A stretch of 64,000 bases of DNA from Spirulina sp. (GTDB lineage: Bacteria > Cyanobacteriota > Cyanobacteriia > Phormidesmidales > Phormidesmidaceae): positions 32,001-96,000 of the forward strand of contig JBIPSI010000014.1 of assembly GCA_044070495.1 (NCBI GenBank), read 5' to 3'. The notes under the pieces are model-generated. The model worked only from the letters and a program-made list of their open reading frames with translations, was not told the DNA's origin and made no database searches. Positions 56,818 through 64,000 of this stretch are shown here, piece by piece. The number at the start of each line of letters is the position of its first letter. Positions within the stretch are counted from its first letter, which is position 1. Position numbers and translations under genes: made by a program.

Positions 56818-58626
56818 CTAGCGTTCAACGACCATGGCGGCCCCGCCACCTCGTCGGCTCGGTTCTGCGGCGACCAAGATAGACCCATCGGGCTGGATGA
56901 CCAACCCGACCGCTGCCCCGATCTCAGGCACTGGGATCAAGGAATGGCCAAGGGCGGTTAATGCCTGACCTAGGGGAGTTTGTTCGAGTTGGTGGTCTAC
57001 TTGGGTGATGCCCGTGTTGCGCTGGGAAATGCGGGGGGCCGCTATGGCATCGGGGAGTGACAGGCCAAAGTCAATCAGGTTGACGGCTATACCGACCACC
57101 GTTGTAATGATGGTAGCCCCCCCCGGAGAACCAAAGGCCACCATCGTGCCATCGGGGCTGCGGACGATGGTGGGGGCCATGCTGCTGCGGGGGCGTTTGT
57201 AGGGTTCAGGCACGTTGGGATGGGGGCTGATGGGGTCAAAGTCGGTCAGCTCATTGTTGAGGATGAAGCCATAGCCGGGAACTACGATGCCAGATCCGCC
57301 AGTGGATTCAATCGTGCAGGTGTAGGAGACGATGTTGCCCCAGCGATCACTGGTCACCAGGTGGGTGGTGGATATCCCCGATGGGTCTTGCCCCTGGGCT
57401 ACGGGGGGTAATCCGGTTAGGCTGGGGCTGGGGTCGGTCTGAAAGGGCAGCGGGTTGCCGGGGGCGGCACGGAAGTCTGGATCGGCGGGGGCGCGGTCGC
57501 CCACCAGGGTTCGCCGAGTTTGTATGAAATCATCGCTCTGAAGACCCGCCAGGGGCACATCGACAAACTCTGGATCGCCCAGGTAGGCATGGCGGTCGGC
57601 AAAGGCCAGCCGTTCGGCTTCAATGACCCTATGCCAAGCCTGGGCGCGATCCGCCTGGGTCAGATCAAAGCCCTCTAGGATGCTGAGAATTTCTCCGGTG
57701 GTGATCCCCCCGCTGCTGGGCAGACCCATGCTGTAGAACGTATAGCCGCGATACGGGGTAACCGTAGGAGGCCGCACCCGTACCGCGTAATGGTCGAGGT
57801 CGGTCAGGGTCATGGCTCCAGGCACAACCGGGAAAGGGGGATTGGCCACGGTGGGCGGCTGTTGCACCGTTTGAATGATTGCCTCGGCAATCTCCCCCCG
57901 ATAAAAGCCATTGATGCCCTGCTCGGCCAGGATGCGGTAGGTTTTGGCCAGGTCAGGATTTTTGAACCGACTGCCGACGGTAGGCCGCTGGCCATGGGGC
58001 AGATACAGCGCCTGGGTGGAGGTAAAGGCGGCAAAGCGGGTCTGGTTTTGCTCAATCTGCTTGGCAAAGGTTTCATCGACCACAAAGCCATGCTCGGCTA
58101 GGGCGATGGCCGGTTGGAGGGCTTCGCCGAGGGAGAGGGTGCCATAGCGGTTGAGGGCTTCGGCCCACTCTAGGGGGGTGCCAGGGACGCCCACCGCTGC
58201 CCCTGAGGACATGCGGTTGGGGAAGAAGGGCAGCAAATCGCCGGGGTTCATCGGATCCTGGAACAGGTCTACGGTGGTGGCGGCGGGGGCCTGCTCCCGA
58301 CCATCGAGGGTGATTAGGCGATCGCTATCTTTGAGGTAGATGACCATGAACCCGCCCCCGCCAATGCCAGCGGAAAAGGGATCGGTAACGCCCACGGCGG
58401 CGGCAGCGGCGACCGCTGCATCAATGGCATTGCCGCCCCGGCGCAGCACCTCTAGGCCCACCCGAGTCGCATCGGCATCGACGGTGGCCACCGCTCCCCC
58501 ACGACCTGTCGCCATGGCCAGGGGGCTTTGGGACAGCCCCACCGAGCTAAACCAGAAACCCAGGCAAAGGCTTACGCCTAGCGCTGCTGCAAAGATTTGC
58601 CTAATTCGCCCAATTCGCCTAATCAT
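56818..58626 (-). CDS. ggt: Gamma-glutamyltransferase
   Basis: GGNAIDAAVA, GIGGGGF, LDGRE, VGVPG, catalytic STTH, LNNELTDF, KRPRSSMAP, GSPGG; signal peptide after ATG 58626. Confidence 0.95.
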   Translation of the reverse strand: MIRRIGRIRQIFAAALGVSLCLGFWFSSVGLSQSPLAMATGRGGAVATVDADATRVGLEVLRRGGNAIDAAVAAAAAVGVTDPFSAGIGGGGFMVIYLKDSDRLITLDGREQAPAATTVDLFQDPMNPGDLLPFFPNRMSSGAAVGVPGTPLEWAEALNRYGTLSLGEALQPAIALAEHGFVVDETFAKQIEQNQTRFAAFTSTQALYLPHGQRPTVGSRFKNPDLAKTYRILAEQGINGFYRGEIAEAIIQTVQQPPTVANPPFPVVPGAMTLTDLDHYAVRVRPPTVTPYRGYTFYSMGLPSSGGITTGEILSILEGFDLTQADRAQAWHRVIEAERLAFADRHAYLGDPEFVDVPLAGLQSDDFIQTRRTLVGDRAPADPDFRAAPGNPLPFQTDPSPSLTGLPPVAQGQDPSGISTTHLVTSDRWGNIVSYTCTIESTGGSGIVVPGYGFILNNELTDFDPISPHPNVPEPYKRPRSSMAPTIVRSPDGTMVAFGSPGGATIITTVVGIAVNLIDFGLSLPDAIAAPRISQRNTGITQVDHQLEQTPLGQALTALGHSLIPVPEIGAAVGLVIQPDGSILVAAEPSRRGGGAAMVVER

Positions 58627-58677
58627 GGCAATGTTTCCCCATTCCCGTATGGTGAAATTATCCCTCAATGCATTCCT

Positions 58678-59205
58678 ATGGCTCGAATTCCTATGGCTCC
58701 TATCTTTGCTGCTCTTCTCACAATCATGCTGTGGCTCTTTCCCACCCACCCGGCGGCCCTTGCAGCACCCACCCCACAGCCCCTAGGGGCAATCCCTGGA
58801 CTCTCCACCTTATTTGCGGGGGAGGCTCCCACCCTCGGCGTTCAGGATGGTCAGCTAGCTCCCTGTCCAGCCACCCCTAACTGTGTAGTGAGCCAGGGTG
58901 CTGATCCAGACCATGCCATTGCCCCGATTGCCTACACCAGAAGCCGGGAGGACGCCCGTGATCTGCTGACTAAGGTTCTAGGTGTGGTGCCCCGTACCGA
59001 GATTGTGGCGCAGCAAGAGGATTACATCCGCGTGCAGTCCATCAGTCGCCTGATAGGGTTTGTGGACGACACGGAGTTCTACTTTCCAAAGAATGAGCCT
59101 GTGATTCAGGTTCGAGCCGCCGCCCGGTTAGGAGAATCTGATCTGGGGGTGAATCGGCGACGGCTGGAGCAAATTCGTTTTGCTCTGAAGGACTTGGGGA
59201 TTTAG
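58678..59205 (+). CDS. DUF1499 family protein
   Basis: LAPCPATPNCVVSQ, IGFVDDTEF, RAAARLGESDLGVNRRRLEQIR. Confidence 0.9.
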   Translation: MARIPMAPIFAALLTIMLWLFPTHPAALAAPTPQPLGAIPGLSTLFAGEAPTLGVQDGQLAPCPATPNCVVSQGADPDHAIAPIAYTRSREDARDLLTKVLGVVPRTEIVAQQEDYIRVQSISRLIGFVDDTEFYFPKNEPVIQVRAAARLGESDLGVNRRRLEQIRFALKDLGI

Positions 59206-59256
59206 AGGGGCATCACCTGGGATCGACTGAACCTACGTTGGAGATGGGTCAGGCAA

Positions 59257-59709
59257 CTAGCGATTGTGCTTTGTTAAAAAGCGATCTAGCTGGTTGGCAA
59301 AGGCTCCAGTTACTCGTTGGTTAAAAGGGGCAGGGCCACCCGTATCCACCCCAGCATTCCGCAGTTCATGGAGGAAATTTCGCATGGACAATCGTTCTCG
59401 AATATTGCCCTGGTCATAGAATTCTCCCCGGGGATTGAGGGCATAGGCTCCCTTTTCAATGGCCTCTGCGGCCAGGGGAATATCGGCGGTAATGACTAAA
59501 TCTCCAGCCTCTAGGTGCTTGACGATGTAGTTGTCGGCAATGTCTAGGCCAGCGCGTACCTGCACAAATTCAAGGTAGGGAGAACCTGGAATTTGTAGCT
59601 CTTGGTTGGCGACTAAGGTCGTTTTTATCTCCAGTCGTTTGGCGGCCCGAAATAGGATTTCTTTAATCACATTGGGGCAGGCATCGGCATCAACCCATAT
59701 CTGCATCAT
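59257..59709 (-). CDS. YaiI/YqxD family protein
   Basis: [32 protein letters not shown]. Confidence 0.93.
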   Translation of the reverse strand: MMQIWVDADACPNVIKEILFRAAKRLEIKTTLVANQELQIPGSPYLEFVQVRAGLDIADNYIVKHLEAGDLVITADIPLAAEAIEKGAYALNPRGEFYDQGNIRERLSMRNFLHELRNAGVDTGGPAPFNQRVTGAFANQLDRFLTKHNR

Positions 59710-60336
59710 CTATCCGCCTGTGGTCATTTCTAGGGGCTGAACGGGAATCTGTACGTCGCTGCGCTTCATCGCATCCGGCAGGAATGGCCCATCGTAGAAG
59801 AAGCGCCGAGGTTGACCTACCACCGCATACCCTGGATGGGCCGCTAACCATTGCTGAAGCCGTTCGATGCTGGCCTGGTAAGTTTCAAGATTGTAGCGCC
59901 CCCTAGTGCCAAGGCTAATCACGGTCATGGCTGGCAGGTCTTCTACCTGAATGCCCTGGGCCACCTCCTGGGGAACGATATCCAGGCTGCGATACAGGAA
60001 CGATACAGCGGCCTCGCCCTCTAGGGTCGCCGCGCTCTCTAGGGTAGCCACCGGGTAGCGCGTCTCCACCGGGGCCGTCATGGAAATGTCGTTGCTACTA
60101 ATGTGGCGGAATAATGGGGTGAAGCCACGGGAGGGGGCATACTCCAAATTGCCCGTCATCTGGACGGTGGCGGCTCGATAGGCTGGATAATGCTTGACTT
60201 CAATCACACCCTCTCGACTGGGCGGAGGAAAGCCCTCTGGCAGGGGCGCTGAGGCGGCGCTGTAGGCTCCCAAGAGCAGTACGCCTAACCCAATGGCGGC
60301 TACCCCCACCAACAGTAGTCCATGCTGTAGCTTCAT
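59710..60336 (-). CDS. SOUL heme-binding protein
   Basis: EVKHYPAYRAA, FTPLFRHI, ISMTAPVE, YDGPF..KRSDVQIP. Confidence 0.85.
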   Translation of the reverse strand: MKLQHGLLLVGVAAIGLGVLLLGAYSAASAPLPEGFPPPSREGVIEVKHYPAYRAATVQMTGNLEYAPSRGFTPLFRHISSNDISMTAPVETRYPVATLESAATLEGEAAVSFLYRSLDIVPQEVAQGIQVEDLPAMTVISLGTRGRYNLETYQASIERLQQWLAAHPGYAVVGQPRRFFYDGPFLPDAMKRSDVQIPVQPLEMTTGG

Positions 60337-60442
60337 TGCCTATCCCATCATTTTCTTTCAGTCTAGCGATTGTGCGTTGGTGAGGGGAATGCCAGACCTT
60401 CTCACCCCTGACGCGCCACTACGACATGAGGGTTAGCAGTCC

Positions 60443-61048
60443 CTAGCCTTCTAGTTTGCCGCCCACAAAGGGGGTGCTCCAAAGCATCCAGTTTTCTTTG
60501 TTGAAGGGGGATCGCCAGCGGCGGATCAGGTCGCTCTCTAGGCGTTGACGGGCTTTGCGGTCGGTGGCGGCGTGGGGCCAAAAGCCAATGTTCACCGCCA
60601 CAGGGAGATCGTGGGTGCGGTGGGCGGCCACATAGCTGAGAATGTAGCGTTTGCAGTCGTGAACCCCCTGCCAGCGCTGGTTAGATTTCACGGTTTCCCC
60701 TACGTAGAGCAGCACGGGCACCTCGTGATCCACCACAAAGTAGAGGGCGGGGACGCCAGATTCCTGGAATTTCCCCCGCCAAAATTCGGCATTCTGGGGC
60801 GGCAGGGTGAAGGGATCGATGGTGTCGGCAATCGAAACACTACCGGACGGGGAGACCTCAAACAGACTGCCCTGTTGGGCGGCTGGAGTCTGTTGAACCT
60901 CCCGCTGGTACTGGGCTACCCGCTGCTTCCATCGCTGCAATTCCGCCTCGGATAGGGGATGGCCTGCCTCACGGTTGTAGGCCCAGGAGGCATCCGCCGC
61001 CCGGAGGTCAGCTTGGGAGAGCAGGGAGGGTTGGTCGGGGGAGGACAT
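60443..61048 (-). CDS. GIY-YIG nuclease family protein (cyanobacterial)
   Basis: ALYFVVD..LLYVGET..NQRW.G.HDCKRY..LESDLI..WRSPFNKE. Confidence 0.8.
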   Translation of the reverse strand: MSSPDQPSLLSQADLRAADASWAYNREAGHPLSEAELQRWKQRVAQYQREVQQTPAAQQGSLFEVSPSGSVSIADTIDPFTLPPQNAEFWRGKFQESGVPALYFVVDHEVPVLLYVGETVKSNQRWQGVHDCKRYILSYVAAHRTHDLPVAVNIGFWPHAATDRKARQRLESDLIRRWRSPFNKENWMLWSTPFVGGKLEG

Positions 61049-61079
61049 AGAGCAATCAGAAGTCGGGAGTCGGGAATCG

Positions 61080-61102
61080 GTAGGGGCGAGGTCTCCTCGC
61101 CC
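61080..61102 (+). repeat. GTAG-type REP
   Basis: GTAGGGGCGAGGTCTCCTCGCCC hairpin. Confidence 0.8.
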
Positions 61103-61126
61103 TTGGGAGTCGCGAACTGGAGAGCT

Positions 61127-61879
61127 TTATTGCATGGCTTGGTCGAGGGCTTGGGGGGCGGAGAGGGTATTTTCCTCCTCTAGGGCGGCGATGTAGGCGG
61201 CGATGGCATGGTCGCTGAAGCGGCGGCTGAGGATGCGCCAGGTGAACCGAGAACCAAGCTGGATGCCCGTATCCACATGGGCAAACCCCTGCCACTCGCG
61301 GGGCACACGGGTGACGATGTCCCAGCCGTAGATAAAGCGGGAACTGTTGGGTACCCGGCGGTTGTAGGAATCGACCTGGGCCTGGTTGCCGACACGGGGT
61401 GCGCCGAAGGTGTTAACGATAAAGTTTAAGCCGTTGGCTTGGCCAAAATTGTACTGAAGATCCAGGGCGGCGATGGTGGCCAAGGCTCCCCCCAGGCTGT
61501 GCCCAGTGACGATCACCTGTTGCCCGGTGAAGGTGGAGAGAGTTTCCAGCAGCCGATCTCGCACGGCAAAGTAGGCGGTCATAAAGCCCTGGTGAAACCT
61601 CACCTCGCTGTTGCCGTCGCCGTAGGGGTAGATCTGCTGGCGAAACTGGACGTTATTTATCCAGTCGATGGATTTGTCGGAGCCGCGAAAGACGATGTAC
61701 AGACGGTCGCTGTTCAACTTGTTCAGCACCGCCGCCTGGGTATCGGTAAAGCCTTGATCCTGGCTTTGAATGAAGATCGGCTCCACATCGGGATAGGCGG
61801 AAAAGCGCAGCCCGCTGAAGTCGCGATAGATTTCCTCACACAGACGGGCACAGGTGAGGGCCAAGGCGTAGTCAACCAC
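61127..61879 (-). CDS. Lipase class 3 family protein
   Basis: IVFRGS, HQGF, VTGHSLGGALA, TFGAPRVGN, DIVTRVP, DH. Confidence 0.92.
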   Translation of the reverse strand: MVDYALALTCARLCEEIYRDFSGLRFSAYPDVEPIFIQSQDQGFTDTQAAVLNKLNSDRLYIVFRGSDKSIDWINNVQFRQQIYPYGDGNSEVRFHQGFMTAYFAVRDRLLETLSTFTGQQVIVTGHSLGGALATIAALDLQYNFGQANGLNFIVNTFGAPRVGNQAQVDSYNRRVPNSSRFIYGWDIVTRVPREWQGFAHVDTGIQLGSRFTWRILSRRFSDHAIAAYIAALEEENTLSAPQALDQAMQ

Positions 61880-62078
61880 GGGACAACCTCCTAGGGATAC
61901 CAGACCATCTCATTAGACCGAACCGTACAGGCGTCGGGTAGGCATCTTGCCAGCTTCCCGAAGACAGCCACGCTCAACAGATAGCCGCCAGATAGTCGTT
62001 TTTCTCCATACTTTTATATCCATGGTTCTATGGAGGGGCTGATGTGTCATGGATGCTGATTCCACGATGGGCTAGACC

Positions 62079-63752
62079 CTAGGGGGCCGACACAGCCCAC
62101 CAGGCCAAACCGTAGGGCTGGGTGGGTTGGTCGTGAACCTGCCGCTGGTAGATTACCCTCAGCTTATAGCGTCCGGTTTCCGGAATTTGATAAAAAATGT
62201 GCTCTACGCTGTCTACCTCGCTCACCGAAGACCAGAGGCTTTGGCTGAGGTCGTCGCTGTCGGCGGGCATCAGGTACAGGTTAAGGTCATTAAGTCCCTG
62301 ATCCTGGAAGCCTTCGCCCATGTCGTAGAGTCCATTGCCGTTGCTGTCCACCAAATCCACCACCCGCTCCCAGGCGAGGGTAGCCGAGAGGTAGCTGCCG
62401 CCCTGGAGCGGTTCGGCAAACACATAGTCTTGCACCTGGGTCGTAGACGAATCCACCTCCGCCAAGTTCCAGCCCACGGCGGGGATGCTGCCCTCTGGGC
62501 CAAAGGCTCCGGGCAGGAGTTGTTGGTAGGCGCGGTAGGCGTTTAGGTGTCCGGTGCCGAGGTCACTGTGGAGGGGAATTTTGCGGTCGCGGTAGGCATC
62601 AGAGTCGATCCAGGGGCGGCCACTGCTATCGACCAGGGTGCGAGCCATGCCTAGGCGGAGGCCATCGCCGTTGTCCTCCAGCTTGTCGGCGGAGTTCATC
62701 AGTGCCGCCTTGATCACCATGGGGTGCCGTCCGTTGATTGACCAATTGCTGAGGCCAGCCCGAATTTGCCGATCCACCAACTGCTGCATCAGGGCAATGG
62801 TGCCCACCACATGGGGCGCGGCAAAGCTGCTACCCGTGGAGATGCGCCGCCGCCCATCGGGATCAAACATTTCAATGTCGTGCCCCGGAGCCACCAGGGT
62901 AATGGAACGGCGTGGCCCTTCGTTGGTTTCGGGATTGGGGGAACGGGGGGATCGCACCGTGGGTTCGCTGCCCAGGTTGGCCTGATCGAGTCGGGTGAAG
63001 CGACCATCGGCCTCACGACGGGAATAGGCAATGGTCAAACCATTGAAATGATCCGTGGGGATGGGAATGCCCCCCCGACCCTGGTTGCCCGCAATTACGT
63101 ACAGCGCCCCATGCTCCCGCGACAGCCAGTCGATGCACTGGGTGAGCAACGCATTGCCATCCAGCACCGGATTGGGCCGAGGATCCCGCTGGAGGGGTTC
63201 GCCAAAGCTAAAGTTCAAGGCCCGCACATCGCCGCTGTTCTGTGTCGCCACCGCCTGGGTGGTGAGACATTCCTCCGGCTGGGCGCTGCGGCTGCCGTCC
63301 AATTCGCCCACCGCCCCGGCATAGAGCAACGCCTCTGGGGCCACCCCGGTCAGGGTTTTGTCTTGGCTAATCATCACACTGGCCACATTGGCGGCATGGC
63401 CATCCACAAACTCGTTGGCCGTGGCCCAGCTATCCAACTGCAACACCCGCCATACGGCCACGGGCAGGGGCGTCACCTTATCCAACCCATACTGCCCCGG
63501 ACGCCCAATTTCCACCTGGCCGATGGCAATCTTTTCCCCAGTGAGATCGTAGGGGGCATCATGGAGGCGACGGGCATCGATCCCCTCTGGCCCCACCGAA
63601 GTCGATAGGGCCAGGGCAGCCTGCGCCCCCAACCCGCCCATCATCCCCACGCCCAGGACAACCTTCACCCAGCGCGACAGCCGCCGCTTGTTGGAAACGG
63701 GTGAAGGAACGAGTGACGGGGAGAATGGCGTCCCCTGGCCCTGCTTGCCCAT
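62079..63752 (-). CDS. S8 (subtilisin-like) serine peptidase, exported
   Basis: IAIGQVE, DGHAANVA, IAGNQG, LVAPG, TGSSFAAPHVVG; C-terminal beta domain. Confidence 0.88.
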   Translation of the reverse strand: MGKQGQGTPFSPSLVPSPVSNKRRLSRWVKVVLGVGMMGGLGAQAALALSTSVGPEGIDARRLHDAPYDLTGEKIAIGQVEIGRPGQYGLDKVTPLPVAVWRVLQLDSWATANEFVDGHAANVASVMISQDKTLTGVAPEALLYAGAVGELDGSRSAQPEECLTTQAVATQNSGDVRALNFSFGEPLQRDPRPNPVLDGNALLTQCIDWLSREHGALYVIAGNQGRGGIPIPTDHFNGLTIAYSRREADGRFTRLDQANLGSEPTVRSPRSPNPETNEGPRRSITLVAPGHDIEMFDPDGRRRISTGSSFAAPHVVGTIALMQQLVDRQIRAGLSNWSINGRHPMVIKAALMNSADKLEDNGDGLRLGMARTLVDSSGRPWIDSDAYRDRKIPLHSDLGTGHLNAYRAYQQLLPGAFGPEGSIPAVGWNLAEVDSSTTQVQDYVFAEPLQGGSYLSATLAWERVVDLVDSNGNGLYDMGEGFQDQGLNDLNLYLMPADSDDLSQSLWSSVSEVDSVEHIFYQIPETGRYKLRVIYQRQVHDQPTQPYGLAWWAVSAP

Positions 63753-63877
63753 AGATAACCGTCCTGGCTTGGTGGATGAGTTGGGATCTCTCCCTGGGCA
63801 AACTCTATCGCAAAGGCACCGCCAACGTCAGGAAATCCGCCCCCCTCCTTAAGATTTCCTACCCTACAACTTCAAGC

Positions 63878-63979
63878 CACCCCCCTCCCCTTCACACCCC
63901 TCCCCCTCACACCCTCACACCCTCACACCTTCCCACCATCACACCTTCCCACCCTCACACCCTCACACCTTCCCACCCT
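63878..63979. repeat. Low-complexity 8-mer tandem repeat (CACACCCT/CCCACCTT)
   Basis: Repeated cacaccct / cacacctt / cccaccct units. Confidence 0.85.
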
Positions 63980-64000
63980 TGAACTCCCCCCTAATCAACC

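Noticed and set aside
63776..63982. 68-aa His/Pro/Thr-rich ORF
   Set aside because: Translation of the 8-mer tandem repeat

Overview
Chromosomal window from a moderately GC-rich cyanobacterium, most likely a filamentous non-heterocystous type (inferred from gene content). Core genes include manC, an LCP protein, pmgA, nblB, kaiABC, recJ, hemC, a hetF homologue, psb35, rbcLXS (form IB) and ggt. The most unusual stretch is about 7.7-21.8 kb. It holds an orphan nifV-nifT unit without nifZ and with TGAGTACA boxes upstream, a complete chaperone-usher pilus operon (two pilins, chaperone, usher), a bacteriohemerythrin, a PAS-PAS-GAF/NarL two-component pair and a DXCF cyanobacteriochrome kinase. Together these may form an O2/light-controlled adhesion module. 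Other points of interest: a palindromic repeat inserted in frame in the usher, a RecJ with a long coiled-coil plus HEPN-like tail, a PlsY/PEP-utilising-enzyme fusion, a degenerate kinase and orphan nurA next to kaiA, a Trypco1-hicBA-hetF cluster, an ABC importer with two Tat-type binding proteins behind an NtcA-like box, several MITE/REP families (one MITE nested in another), and apparent near-absence of HIP1. I found no rRNA, tRNA, CRISPR array or transposase. All calls come from motif recognition by eye; no database searches were run.
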